Origin: Macrostomum lignano
Taxonomy: Eukaryota
DNA: 64,000 bases
Reading direction: 5' to 3'
Assembly: GCA_002269645.1 (NCBI GenBank)
Contig: NIVC01001203.1
Coordinates: 186,001-250,000, forward strand
Below are positions 13,194 through 25,166 of this stretch, in pieces. The position numbers were made by a program, and so were the translations under genes. How positions within the stretch are numbered: position 1 is the first letter of the stretch; each line of letters opens with the position of its first letter. Under the pieces are notes generated by a model. The model did not search any database. It worked only from the letters and a program-made list of their open reading frames with translations, and was not told the DNA's origin.

Positions 13194-14727
13194 ATGCTAT
13201 TCCGAGGCAAGCTAAGAAAAATAATTTTCGCGACTTGCCTCCTGATGCTTGGCAGCCTTTCTCTAATGGCGTCACTGTTTGAAGATTTAAGTATCGACGG
13301 TGTGATTCTCGAAAAACAAACTACCAACACTGTTCCGTCCGCGCTGCACACTTTCTTACCGACTGTCTGTGCAAACGAGAGCTGCAGGCGACATTATGAA
13401 AATCACATGAGCGCAAGCGGCACTCTCCCGATACCGAAAATTCGGCACATTCTCTGGCGCAATGAGTTCATATCCGACTACTTCGCTCAGCAACTAAAAT
13501 CTTGGCAGAGAATTCATCCCGACTGGACCTACGTGCTGTGGCGCGACCAGGACCTGGAGCCATTCGTGGCCGCGAACTTCCCTGAACTACTGGACAAGTT
13601 CAGGTCGCTGGAGCTGAAAATCATGCGGATCGATATGATTCGCTACATGCTACTGCTCAAGGTATGTCGAAAATCGCTGCAAAAATAATTTTAAAAATCG
13701 GTTTTCTCCTTTGAATATCCTCGAGTACATATAGTTTAATGAATTCTGCTAAACTTCAATCAGAGGTGGATCGTCTAAAACTAATCACGCCATGTTCACA
13801 CCTTACACACAGGAATTAAGTCAGTCATAATGCCTTCTTGCTTCCTCGTCATGGCTGATGAACGGCAATAAATATTTACCCATGTATCACTACTGATACA
13901 CTGTAAATGTATGTGGGACAGACCTGCATGCACCTGGTTGTCGTGCGTTGCTACACCTAACATAACAAATTACATATGTCGAACTACCTTGCTGTGATAT
14001 TTGCATTCGTGCAATGGCCCTGAAAAAATCCTAATTCAAATCGTGACAGTTCGGCGGCGTGTACGCGGACCTGGACTACAAGCTGGTGCGAAGTCTGGAC
14101 GAGTTTCGTCGCTTCTACGCGGTGGTCACTCGCGAGCCGGAGACGCACTCGCTGCAGCTGTTCGGGCCTCACTGGCCGATAAGACCTGCGGCCAGTCCGG
14201 CCTTCCTCATGTCTGCGCCAGGGCACATTTTCTTCAGATTTGTGCTCAAGCAGCTGTCAAAGAGAAAGATTAGCGAAGACATACTCGCCTTTGCCGGACC
14301 TGAAGGTCTGACGATCACTTTGGAGCAGTACCAGATCCGTTACCCGCTGACAAACAACCCACTCGCAGGGGTGTACGTTCCGCCTTCGTTCAGCTTCTAC
14401 CCGTACGAGAACAACTCTCTGGACGGTGTGTCGAAACATTTTAAGGACTATCGAATTTTGAAGCTAGGCAAAAGTTGCAGCAAATTGGCTCGGTGGATTG
14501 ACCCCAGAATGTACTTTCTTCGGAAGGTGAAGAACCTGACGCAGCTGTGCTCAGACATGACTAAATTCAACGCGGTTACGGACTCGTCACCGCCTGTGTA
14601 CGCCATTCACGACATGCGAAAGAGCGGGACGAGCTGGGGTATCACTCACACACCGGAGTATTTTGCCAACCTGACAGAGATGGCAAAAATTGTGAAAAAC
14701 TTCAGGCTGGGTGGCAGTTTGTTATAG
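13194..14727 (+). CDS. DXD-motif glycosyltransferase (GT32-like), copy 2; exons 13194-13661 and 14050-14727, 381 aa
   Basis: Same motifs and the same 388-nt phase-0 intron as copy 1. Exon 2 protein differs by one residue (W>R). Confidence 0.88.
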
Positions 14728-14763
14728 TATGAATTCCACTTTTATATGAACGTAAATTTCTGT

Positions 14764-15008
14764 GACGGACTCACGACTTGAAGGTTAGGGGTTCGATTCA
14801 GGATCCTGCACTGGAACAATTTGTGTCACTTAACAACTATGCATTGCATCAGGTCACCCAGCTGTAAAATGGGTGCCAGCATTAGCTGGGACCGGTAATT
14901 GAGGGTGGAGGTGGCAACGCCCCCCCCCAGGCGATGGACTGAACAGCCGTACGCAGCCGTCAGATGCGCCGCTCAATAGCTGCGGTGTAATTAATGACTA
15001 AATAATTA
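14764..15008 (+). mobile_element. CORE-like SINE, 5'-truncated (duplicated with the GT gene)
   Basis: Near-identical to 6119-6362. Confidence 0.8.
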
Positions 15009-16064
15009 TTAAAACTTTATTCCTTAAAGGCAGATTTTACTGTTTCATCAATGCTATGTCATATCTTGTATTAGTTTTAGTTTTAGTTTCCTTTTTGATG
15101 GATTATGATATTCACGCAGTTTACCTGTTATACTAGTATTACTGTGGTTATGTTTGCTGTTTTTTTACCTTTAAGAGTTTCGCAATATAATTAAGCCAGT
15201 TTTCTACAGTTTTTATGGTTGCATGCACTATCTCTAGCCACATCATGATTATGTTTTTTCCCTTGTTACTTAAGCTTTTCTACTTACAATTAAACATGTA
15301 TTTATTCATAGCTTGGTCGTGAAACTCATAATCTTAAACCCATTTTTGATTATAACATGTACGCTATATGCTGAAAAAGCATTTGTCTCTCTATAATATC
15401 GAGTATATAATACAGAGGTAGATAGTAGACTGAGCAGCCATGCACAGTCAAGATGAACTTAGTAGGGGGGGGGGAGATTACTTTGCATGCATATAAACAC
15501 AGACATAAACACAACACATCTACAGTGCATCACATGTACCAAAAGAGTATGAAGGTTTCGGCCTCTCCTAAAGCCTTTGATCGAATCAAGCTTTATTGAG
15601 CCTCAGAGTGAATAGTGAATAAATCAATCACTTTAGCACCTGAACTGAGGTAAATTGTTGACAGATAGCGCTGATGAAGAACTGACAGAGCCTTCAGGAG
15701 ATATGAGCAGGGGATCAACAAGCAGGTCCGCGGTGATTTTGATTATACTGGATCCCAGCCACTCTGCGTGAGGTGCTTCGGAGTCGCCCGCGGGCTGATG
15801 AGCGCTGATGAGGTGCGACAGGCGATGTCGGTCGTCTGACCGTGAGGCTGCGTAACACTTAACACTTCATTGGCACTTCATCATTGTGACACAGAGTCCA
15901 GGCAATCGGAGATCCTCTTCAATTCATGGGTGATCGTGGACGTTTGAATCTCTTAAAGGTGCTCTTATGGGCAAAATTAAAAACGAGACTTTTTTATACG
16001 ACCTAAATTTACATGATCGTTTTCAAGGAATATGCTTTAGGCGATGTGATAAAATTTAGGTCTC

Positions 16065-16330
16065 TTGAGCCCCCCTTTTAGTGGGTGCCCCTATCTCTTG
16101 GTGGGCGCCTCTGTTTGTTGGTGGGCGCCTCTGTCTATTGGTGGGCGCCCCTGTCTCTTGGTTGCCGCCCCTGTCTCTTGGTGGGCGCCCCTGTCTCTTG
16201 GTGGGCGCCCCTGTCTCTTGGTGGGCGCCTCTGTCTCTTGGTTGGGGCCCCTGTCTTATAGTGGATGCTTCGGTCTCTTAGTAGGCATCCCTGTCTTTTG
16301 GGTCTCTTGTTGGGCATCTTTAATTGGTGG
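16065..16330. repeat. 21-bp minisatellite (GGTGGGCGCCCCTGTCTCTT-like)
   Basis: Direct reading; paralog of 7235-7555. Confidence 0.85.
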
Positions 16331-16844
16331 GTACGTGTACTGTAGCTGTCAAAATAAGTCTGCTCCATGGTTATTATGGCTAATCCTTGTCCTACACGTA
16401 GCTTACATTAACATAATTTCCACAGCCATCATGTCAATTTACATGTACTATAAGGTTTCTAGAGTACCCCTAAATCTATTCTATAAGTTGCAAGTCAGCA
16501 TTGTTGCGACATTAAAAAACACGGACTGCTAGTAGACCATGTCACTAATTTAGACCTGATCGAAAAAATTGGTAAAATCTGACGTGGCAATTCAACGTGT
16601 GTGCCTAAAAACGACTCTAAAAAAGCTAGCAATAAACTGTAATGCAAATCACTGCTGGCTTGAAAATCGTGCACTTGCAACTGAACGCTGTCTGTAAAGA
16701 GGGGCAATTGCAAACAAATAAAAAAATTTAAACCAATTTTTGCATGATTGCTTCCGGTCAGAAGATCCTACAAATAGTCAGCCAGCTGCGCAGACCCCAG
16801 GAGCAAGAAGTCGAACTGACTCCAAAGCAATCTCCAAGTAATCT

Positions 16845-16850
16845 TATAAA
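16845..16850 (+). promoter_or_regulatory. Candidate TATA box of the secreted-peptide gene
   Basis: TATAAA 43 bp upstream of an ATG in strong context (CACCGCCATG). Confidence 0.5.
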
Positions 16851-16887
16851 GCCGGACTCGAAATTCTAAAAAGCTGACTACACCGCC

Positions 16888-17115
16888 ATGATCCGCACAG
16901 CCGCGCTCTCCCTGCTGTTGCTCGCTCTGCTGCTCTGCTCGACGCCCTCCGTCATGGCCGCTCAGCGTGGCGCCCGCAACGCCGCCGAGCTGAGCCAAGA
17001 TCTCGACAAAGTGATTCAGATGGGCCTCGGCCTGCTGTGCGACTCCATGAGTCTGCTGGACCAGTCTGACCCCAGGACCGCCCGGCTCTCCATCCTGTGT
17101 CAGACCAGGAGCTAG
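16888..17115 (+). CDS. Small secreted protein, 75 aa (signal peptide + ~51-aa mature region with 2 Cys), unknown family
   Basis: Hydrophobic leader MIRTAALSLLLLALLLCSTPSVMA, GC-rich codon usage like the other genes, upstream TATA, AATAAA at 17221. Confidence 0.72.
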   Translation: MIRTAALSLLLLALLLCSTPSVMAAQRGARNAAELSQDLDKVIQMGLGLLCDSMSLLDQSDPRTARLSILCQTRS

Positions 17116-17654
17116 ATACCAAACTAATTGAGTGACACGCTGTGTGTAGACTCGCGCTCATGAACTGCATGGACATCTGAAAAATTACTTAAACCATCAT
17201 TATTTAAAACAAAAAAATCGAATAAAATGGGTAATTAATTACGTTCAGCAATACGTTATGATGTGCATTTTTATTTCATTTCTTTGTTAAACTACAGTGG
17301 TTCTCAGAGAATTTACTGATGAGATAGGACATCAATGCATGCATGAATATCTGTGAGGTCAGGTCCACTGCAGTCAGTCGTTTATACATTCTTATACACA
17401 TTCCGAACAATTAGGACCACTGAAGTCACTTCGTTAAGTAGTCCTTGATCCGGAATACTACAGCATACATGTACGTAGATTGCACCAAGATTTAAGTATG
17501 CATGCATGTACATATATATTTACAATGATCGATTTTCGATACTCATGCAAATTGCCCCATGTTGATGATGAGGACTGATTAGATTCTGAGCTACGTTGCT
17601 ATGTTGGTCGACTGCTCATAACTTGACCAACAGGGGCGTCGTCGCCACTAATGT

Positions 17655-18960
17655 TGTCAGCACTCATTTTAGCGCCGCAGGCACTCATTTTTGCGCCGCA
17701 GGCACTCATTTTAGCACCGCAGGCACTCATTTTAGTGCCGCAGGCAGTCATTTTAGCGACGCAGGCAGTCATTTTAGCGCCGCAGGCACTCATTTTTGCG
17801 CCGCAGGCACTCATTTTAGCACCGCAGGCACTCATTTTAGTGCCGCAGGCAGTCATTTTAGCGACGCAGGCAGTCATTTTAGCGCCGCAGGCACTCATTT
17901 TTGCGCCGCAGGCACTCATTTTAGCACCGCAGGCACTCATTTTAGTGCCGCAGGCAGTCATTTTAGAGCCGCGGGCACTCATTTTAGCGCCGCAGGCACT
18001 TATTTTAGCGCCGCAGCAGGCAGTCATAATTTTGGCGCATCAGGCACTCATTTTAGCACCGCAGGCACTCATTTTAGTGCCGCAGGCAGTCATTTTAGAG
18101 CCGCGGGCACTCATTTTAGTGCCGCAGGCAGTCATTTTAGAGCCGCGGGCACTCATTTTAGCGCCGCAGGCACTTATTTTAGCGCCGCAGCAGGCAGTCA
18201 TAATTTTGGCGCATCAGGCACTCATTTTAGCGTCGCAGGCAGTCATTTTAGTGCCGCAGGCAGTCATTTTAGAGCCGCGGGCACTCATTTTAGCGCCGCA
18301 GGCACTTATTTTAGCGCCGCAGCAGGCAGTCATTTTAGCGACGCAGGCAGTCATTTTAGCGCCGCAGGCACTCATTTTAGCGCCGCAGGCACTCATTTTA
18401 GCGCCGCAGCAGGCAGTCATTTTAGCGACGCAGGCAGTCATTTTAGCACCGCAGGCACTCATTTTAGCACCGCAGGCACTCATTTTAGCGCCGCAGCAGG
18501 CAGTCATTTTAGCGACGCAGGCAGTCATTTTAGCGCCGCAGGCACTCATTTTAGCACCGCAGGCACTCATTTTAGCACCGCAGGCACTCATTTTAGTGCC
18601 GCAGGCACTCATTTTAGTGCCGCAGGCACTCATTTTAGCGCCGCAGGCACTCATTTTAGCACCGCAGGCACTCATTTTAGTGCCGCAGGCACTCATTTTA
18701 GTGCCGCAGGCACTCATTTTGGCGCCGCAGGCAGTCATTTTAGCGACGCAGGCAGTCATTTTAGCGCCGCAGGCACTCATTTTTGCGCCGCAGGCACTTA
18801 TTTTAGCGCCGCAGCAGGCAGTCATAATTTTGGCGCATCAGGCACTCATTTTAGCGCCGCAGGCACTTATTTTAGCGCCGCAGCAGGCAGTCATAATTTT
18901 GGCGCATCAGGCACTCATTTTAGCGTCGCAGGCAGTCATTTTGGCTGCCGCAGGCACTCT
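17655..18960. repeat. 21-bp minisatellite (GCAGGCACTCATTTTAGCGCC) with higher-order variant blocks
   Basis: Direct reading; explains the AAGTHFS / APQALIL / MSACGAK ORFs. Confidence 0.96.
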
Positions 18961-19856
18961 TTTTGGCGCTGCAGGTGTTGTATATTGAAAATGACTACCG
19001 GGGTCGTTCGCAAATTCTGGGAGGAGCAAAAATTTTAAAAATTTTCCGAACATTTCCTACTGTTACTGCCGTATTGAAAATAATGGAACACTTTCATCTG
19101 TGAATAAATATGATTTTTGGGTTGAACTTTATCATGCAAAAGTGTTAATCATCTTGCGGTATTAAGCGATATTAAGCGATGAAAAAATTCAAATTCAATC
19201 ATTTCGCCGATGTTAATTTTTGATACTACAAGATGTCTGTAGCTAAAAAAGTTGTTGTTGTGTTGAAAACTTGCTATACTACATTTAAAATGAAAGCTTA
19301 TATAAATTTAATTTAGGAATTTTTTTAAAGCTCTATTAGACTGCACTATAAATGCTTTTATAGACGCTTAACTGTACGCCTAGCATTTCCGGTGTGATAG
19401 CCTCTTTAGCGTCTCACAAAATGTATTTTTCGGCTGACGTCTAGAATGTGCGCTTTAAACGATACATTTTGATACAGATAATTAGGAAAAAATGTCTTAT
19501 TATCTTTTTGTAAAAAATTGTTGTGAAATAGAGCACTATTGTTGATAAAAATAATTAAAAGCAACCATGCATCGCAATAAACTCCTACTTTGAAGCGCAA
19601 AATAAATATCCTGTAACCACACTAGCATTCTCCATGGAGAACATTTTCAGCTGAAATTTTACACAGATATCCAGTAAAGTATAGTGAGCAAATGATTTTT
19701 TGTTTTTGAAAATAATTCAATTTGGCTTATAGCACTATGTGTTGTAGATGTAACACTACAACACTACACAGCCGTTGATAATATATAAGTACGATTCTAT
19801 TATTTATGGCAAATGTTAACGGTGAAATACAGTTCCACAGCGCTAAGCTAAGAAGC

Positions 19857-21180
19857 CACATAGTGCTATAACTACCCCCCTCCCAAAAGGAAGATAACTA
19901 GATATGCATCGGTTCGGTACAGCAATATCATGAAAACGGCCTCATGTGCAAACAAGAACATGTTCGTAGTGTCCGTAGGGGCACAAACCACACAAAGTTT
20001 AAGCAAAGGTGACACGGCGGGGTCTCAACCTTGCTCGGATGGGCTCATCCATCCCGGTGGCCTTGGTGGGCTCATCGCGCTGGAGACTGGGCAATCGTGC
20101 TGGCTTAACGCGGTCGATTGCAACGCTTGTGGGTGTCCCGCTGATGTCGAGTGTAAAGGTGAGCGGTGAACGGTGCAGAACACGAAATGGACCTTGGTAA
20201 GGTGCCTCCAACGGCTTACGGACCCGGTCGAGCCGGAGCCAGACGTGGCTGCAGCCCTGTAGGTTGTCCGGAAGGTGCACCGGGGTGCACCGGTGTTGCG
20301 CGCGTGCGTGGCAGACGGTACGGGTAGAACAGATTGTGAAGACGATGGGATAGTTGGCTCAGGCTGGCATCCTCTGTGACTACCGGTGGTACGATCGGTT
20401 GCTCTCCCGTTACACCGGAGAATGGACAGTGGCCAGCATCGTCAGGCTGAATTCGTAGTCCGAGTAGGACAATCGGTAGCTGCTGTAACCAGCAGCGACC
20501 TCGCGCCCGAAGAGCAGCTTTCAGAGAGCGGTGCGCTCGCTCCACCAGGCCATTGGCTCGGGGGTTATACGCTGAAGTTCTTATGTGATGGATGCCAAAT
20601 AGCTTGGTAAACTCTGCCATGAGCTCTGCACGGAACTGGGCGCCCTGGTCTGTAATGAGCGTCAGAGGTGGGCCAAAGCGGGACACCCAGGCGCTGAGGA
20701 ATCCTTGCGCTACAGATGCGGCAGAGATGTCCATCAGCGGCATGGCCTCCAACCATCGGGTGTATGCGTCGATGACTGTAAGTAGATAATGTGGTTGTTG
20801 TTGACCGTTAGCCTCTGGTGGTGTTTGTGGTCCGACGATATCCATGTGCACCGTCGCGAATCGCTGAGAGGGAGTCGGTAACTGGTGTAATTTTCGGTGT
20901 ACATGCTGAGTCACCTTGTTGGCTTGGCATTGTAGGCATTCCTCCGTCCAACGGCGCGCATCGCGAGAGATCTCCGGCCAGAAGTAGCGATGGGTGATCA
21001 ATCAACAGCTAGCCTTGACACCAGGATGGGCCAATGAATGAATCGATGTGAAGAAGTGTTTTCGCAACTCTGGTGAAACGACTGGTCGCGGATTGGGGTA
21101 TGAAGTTTCGCAAAGCAGTTGACAGTCCGTCAGTCCGATGTCAAACAACTTGAAAGTGCTGGACTGAGATGTTGTGCTTT
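19857..21180 (-). mobile_element. Ty3/Gypsy fragment: integrase (HHCC, DDE core, GPY/F tail), 3' UTR, PPT, start of LTR
   Basis: HSLAHPGVK, RYFWP, CLQCQANK, VHMDIVGP, ITDQGAQF, NGLVER, PLEAPYQGPF, VAIDRVKPA; PPT GGGAGGGGGG on the minus strand at ~19875-19884. Confidence 0.88.
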
Positions 21181-21228
21181 TAAAAACTTTTACTTTCCAT
21201 TAATTCCGCTGTAAATGGCAACTCCAAA

Positions 21229-21880
21229 AGTGAAATAGCGACCCTCAAATGAAATAGCGACCCTCAAATGAAATGGCAACCCTCAAATGAAATGGCAACC
21301 CTCAAATGAAATGGCAACCCTCAAATGAAATGGCAACCCTCAAATGAAATGGCAACCCTCAAAAGAAATGGCAACCCTCAAATGAAATGGCAACCCTCAA
21401 ATGAAATGGCAACCCTCAAATGAAATGGCAACCCTCAAATGAAATGGCAACCCTCAAATGAAATGGCAACCCTCAAATGAAATGGCAACCCTCAAATGAA
21501 ATGGCAACCCTCAAATGAAATGGCAACCCTCAAATGAAATGGCAACCCTCAAATGAAATGGCAACCCTCAAATGAAATGGCAACCCTCAAATGAAATGGC
21601 AACCCTCAAATGAAATGGCAACCCTCAAATGAAATGGCAACCCTCAAAAGAAATGGCAACCCTCAAATTAAATGGCAACCCTCAAAAGAAATGGCAACCC
21701 TCAAATGAAATGGCAACCCTCAAATGAAATGGCAACCCTCAAATGAAATGGCAACCCTCAAATGAAATGGCAACCCTCAAAAGAAATGGCAACCCTCAAA
21801 AGAAATGGCAACCCTCAAATGAAATGGCAACCCTCAAATGAAATGGCAACCCTCAAATGAAATGGCAACCCCTCATATGA
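21229..21880. repeat. 19-bp minisatellite (AAATGAAATGGCAACCCTC), ~34 copies
   Basis: Direct reading; period checked at 21371/21390. Confidence 0.96.
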
Positions 21881-22129
21881 AATAACATCTCCTCAGATTA
21901 AGAAGCGTTTTTGATCGAATATCCTGGCTTCACCACTACAGGCAGAGTGTAAGTGTGGATTGGCTCACTGTGGATCACTGTTAGCGGGGCCGGGGTGCTT
22001 GCCGCTGCCCCGTGTTTGGGGTGCATCTGTCCGGGGTTGGGTACGCCGCCGCGAACTCCTGAACTCCTGAGTCGTGAACTCCTGAACGGCCATTAGATCA
22101 GGACGCAGATCGACAGGCTTCTGCCTTCA

Positions 22130-22560
22130 CCAGCACATCTCGCCCAAGGCGGCCAGGTGAGACAAACTTAGGCCTCCAGGGCTCGGAACGAGGTCGCCAC
22201 AGTCCAGCGGAGTTACGATGTTGGAGATCATGTCTATGCCCTCTACTATAGATAGCGCCGGGAGAGGGAAGGCCGCTGGGTGCCGGCTGTCGTCACAAAA
22301 CGGCATGGTAAACGTGAAGGTAGTTCCCGGCGGTCCAACCTGGCGGGCGGCACTACAACCGGCTTCAACTACGCCATGCATTAGTGGAGGACAGCGAACC
22401 GGGAGCGCTGCCAACTCAGCAAGCCGACATGCCGTCGACTGCGGTGCACCCGAAACCCCAGCCGGCAGCTCCAAGCCGGTATACGGGGGAGAAAGTTCCA
22501 CAGCCACCGCCCTACGGGTCAGACAACCCACGACGCCCTGAAAGGCAAGGGAAGACTCCC
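22130..22560 (+). mobile_element. Decayed Gypsy-type integrase C-terminal fragment (second family)
   Basis: Across frames: SPAHLAQG, YDVGDHVYALYY, GRWVPAVVTKRHG, VNVKVVPGGPTWRRHYNRLQLR; contains a stop and frameshifts. Confidence 0.6.
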
Positions 22561-23299
22561 TCGCTTGCGGATGGACCCATAGTTTCGTCAGCTGTGCTCA
22601 CAGCTTGGTGGCGAAGCCATCAAATCTGTTATAGATTTCAGAAAAACGTGGTACACACAGTAGTAGCCATATTAATGTAGACTAATTTTGTTCCGGAAAC
22701 TTCTACGCTCTCCCCGTATGCCAAATATAGTAACATTCTAGAAACTTCCCTCGCGCATCACGAGTCTATCAATAATAACACCCCTAACTGTGATATAAAC
22801 AAGACTCACTCGCTCTAACTGCTACAGCGCTGATAAATTCTGTCACTTCTAAAATGCATTCGCCGCAGAGTTACTTTGTCAGATTGGTTATACCAATACT
22901 TTACTCTCTTTTCATTTACTCGAAGATACAACATACGAGCTACACTGCATCATTTACGATCTTCTATAGAAACAGGGATGTAGCCTAGAAATTCAAGAGT
23001 ACTTCTTAAATTTCAAAAACAGTTTGCCTGCGTAAGTTAGAAAAATTCAAACCTGTACAATTCAAGTTGTTTTGTTAGAGAGTATAAAAGTTTGTTGCAT
23101 TTATTCCAAGTAATGTACATACGGGTAAACTCGTACCTGGCGGCAATAACAACACACAAAACGTATTAAAAAGCAGACAGATGCACATTGTGTCACATGA
23201 GTCACGGTTAAAAAGAAGCCAGTAGAAAAAGAGAAGTTCGTACAGAGAAAAACATCTGCGGCCAAATTCCATGCTTCACGCTGCAAACTGTCTCAGGAT

Positions 23300-25166
23300 A
23301 TGTTGATATTCATTTTCTTCACTCTCCTAACTGCATTCGGTAAGAATCACGAAGAAAGTCAAATTTTCAATGCATTTTTAATTTTTTGTACATCAGAAAA
23401 GAATGATTATTTGTGATATTCTGACTAATCATGTTGAAAAGCACATATAATCATAATTATTGCATCCTAGACTATGTCGAAGCTGCCAACTGCTCAGCAG
23501 TCACCTGCTACAACGGTGGCACCTGCAACAATTACACAGCCAGCCCGCCCTGCCTCTGCGTGCTGCCCTACATCGCACCGTACTGCGAATCAGCTCAAGA
23601 CTACTGCTCCACCCTGCAGCCTGACAAGGGCATCACTGAGCTGCCTGTGTGCCTGAATGGCGGCAACTGCACTCGGACTTACACCGATCCGTTCTACAAC
23701 TGCAGCTGTCCTGTTGGCATCGCAGGTATAATCAAGCCGATCTCTTTGATAAAAAATTTAGGCTTCTATTTGCTTCTTGTACGTTTACTAGAATATATGG
23801 ATAGTTAGTATAGTGGGCTGAGTGAATTGAGCTAACAGATCTGTACCTTAACAGTACATGACAAAATGTTTGCATAGTTTTGTCATAAGTTAAGAGGCAG
23901 AGCGGAGTGTGCCCCCTGGCGCACTTTAAGCGACATTGTCACACAACCGGCCAGAGGCATTGCTGCCCATTCCACCGATTCCCCTGAGCAGGCATACAAG
24001 CGCGTGGATACGTACGCAGTCATACGCACAGACAACACTCACACGAAAGTGTTCAGTGGCTCTAACTTTATTTATCGTTAAGCATGTACACTTCACTGTG
24101 CTTTGGGTGTTGGCCCTCAAGAGCGCTAATTCCTCGAGCAGAGCCAAGCCGAGATTCCAATTTAGTCCCAAATCAGTCTGACTGCATTTTGAGTCGAGCC
24201 GGGTCACTGGCACATAAAAAGCACTGCGCTGGATCACAAATTGTATTCTGCTAGTGTATCTTATCAGACAAGTTGGTATACACTAGGGTATACCTACGGG
24301 TTGTAGCCTAGTGGTTAGAGCGTCAGACTCAACTTGAATGTGGGGGTTCGATTCCCAATCCCATTGGAAGAATTTGTGCCCTTGAGCAAAACACTTAACT
24401 CTGCATTGCTTCAGTTCTCCCAGCTGCAAAATGGGTACCAGCATTATTAGCTGGGGTAATTGAGGGTTTGTTTGCCGACCCCCCCCCCCAGTCCTTGGAC
24501 TGAACAGCCGTACGCAGCCTTCAGATGCGCCGCGCAATAGCTGCGGCTGAGTTGTCGGTTGCACATCTGCCCATCAATGCAGGCGTAATCGATTATTAGT
24601 ATTATTATTATTATTACTAAGGTACGAGTATAACACGCATTGCAGTTTAATGTGTTTAGATACTCTCAAAATTCACAATCAGTTTTACAAGCCGTATTCA
24701 CTAATATTCTAGGTTTTCGATGCGAGAGACACAAAGAAGACGGCAGTAAGTGTCCTGATGAACTCAAATTAAAAAAATCTTCTATTGTAGCAAAAATAAT
24801 AGCTACCGTTTTATTGTCATTTCAGCACTTGGATTTTCCGAGGCTTCCGTCACTGTAGTCGTCGCAGCTGCTGGCGGCACGATCGGAGGCGTATGTATAA
24901 TAGTAATCATTGTAGCAGTCTACAAACGCAAAAAGATTTGCAAGAAGCATTCGGAAGCTCCAAGTACGGACGAAGCTGCCGATTCAACTGCAAAATATCA
25001 CTGTCCGAATACAGGAGCCGAAATTGTAGATGAAACTGAAAACAAACATCAGCCGAATGACAACTCAAAAGCTGTCGAACTTAACAGCCAAGCAACCAAT
25101 GACACTTCTGTCGGCGACACGGAAGCTGATGGCAGCCCAGGTGGCAGAATTCCTGTATCCGAATAA
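23300..25166 (+). CDS. Type I membrane protein with signal peptide, two EGF-like domains, TM helix and acidic tail; exons 23300-23339, 23471-23725, 24713-24745, 24826-25166 (alternative end 25180-25238)
   Basis: All introns GT-AG and phase 1. Signal MLIFIFFTLLTAFDYVEA; EGF1 C..CYNGGTC..CLC..C; EGF2 C..CLNGGNC..CSC..GFRCE; TM VTVVAAAGGTIGGVCIIVIIVAVY followed by KRKK. Confidence 0.82.
24297..24617 (+). mobile_element. Full-length tRNA-derived CORE-like SINE in intron 2 of the EGF gene
   Basis: A box TAGCCTAGTGG, B box GGTTCGATTCC, CORE-like TTGAGCAAAACACTTAAC...CTGCAAAATGGG, (ATT)n tail. Confidence 0.88.

Noticed and set aside
15541-15950. Possible RT relic (KAFDRI)
   Set aside because: A single short motif with stops in all frames; insufficient support.
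17596-19038. 480-aa AAGTHFS-repeat protein
   Set aside because: The 21-bp unit is stop-free in several frames on both strands; no signal peptide or unique domain.
21229-21880. CRISPR-like array (also 43598-45445)
   Set aside because: Head-to-tail repeats without unique spacers, no cas genes, eukaryotic context.
24297-24370. tRNA genes (also 33391, 49898)
   Set aside because: A and B boxes continue into the SINE body; no complete cloverleaf or acceptor stem.
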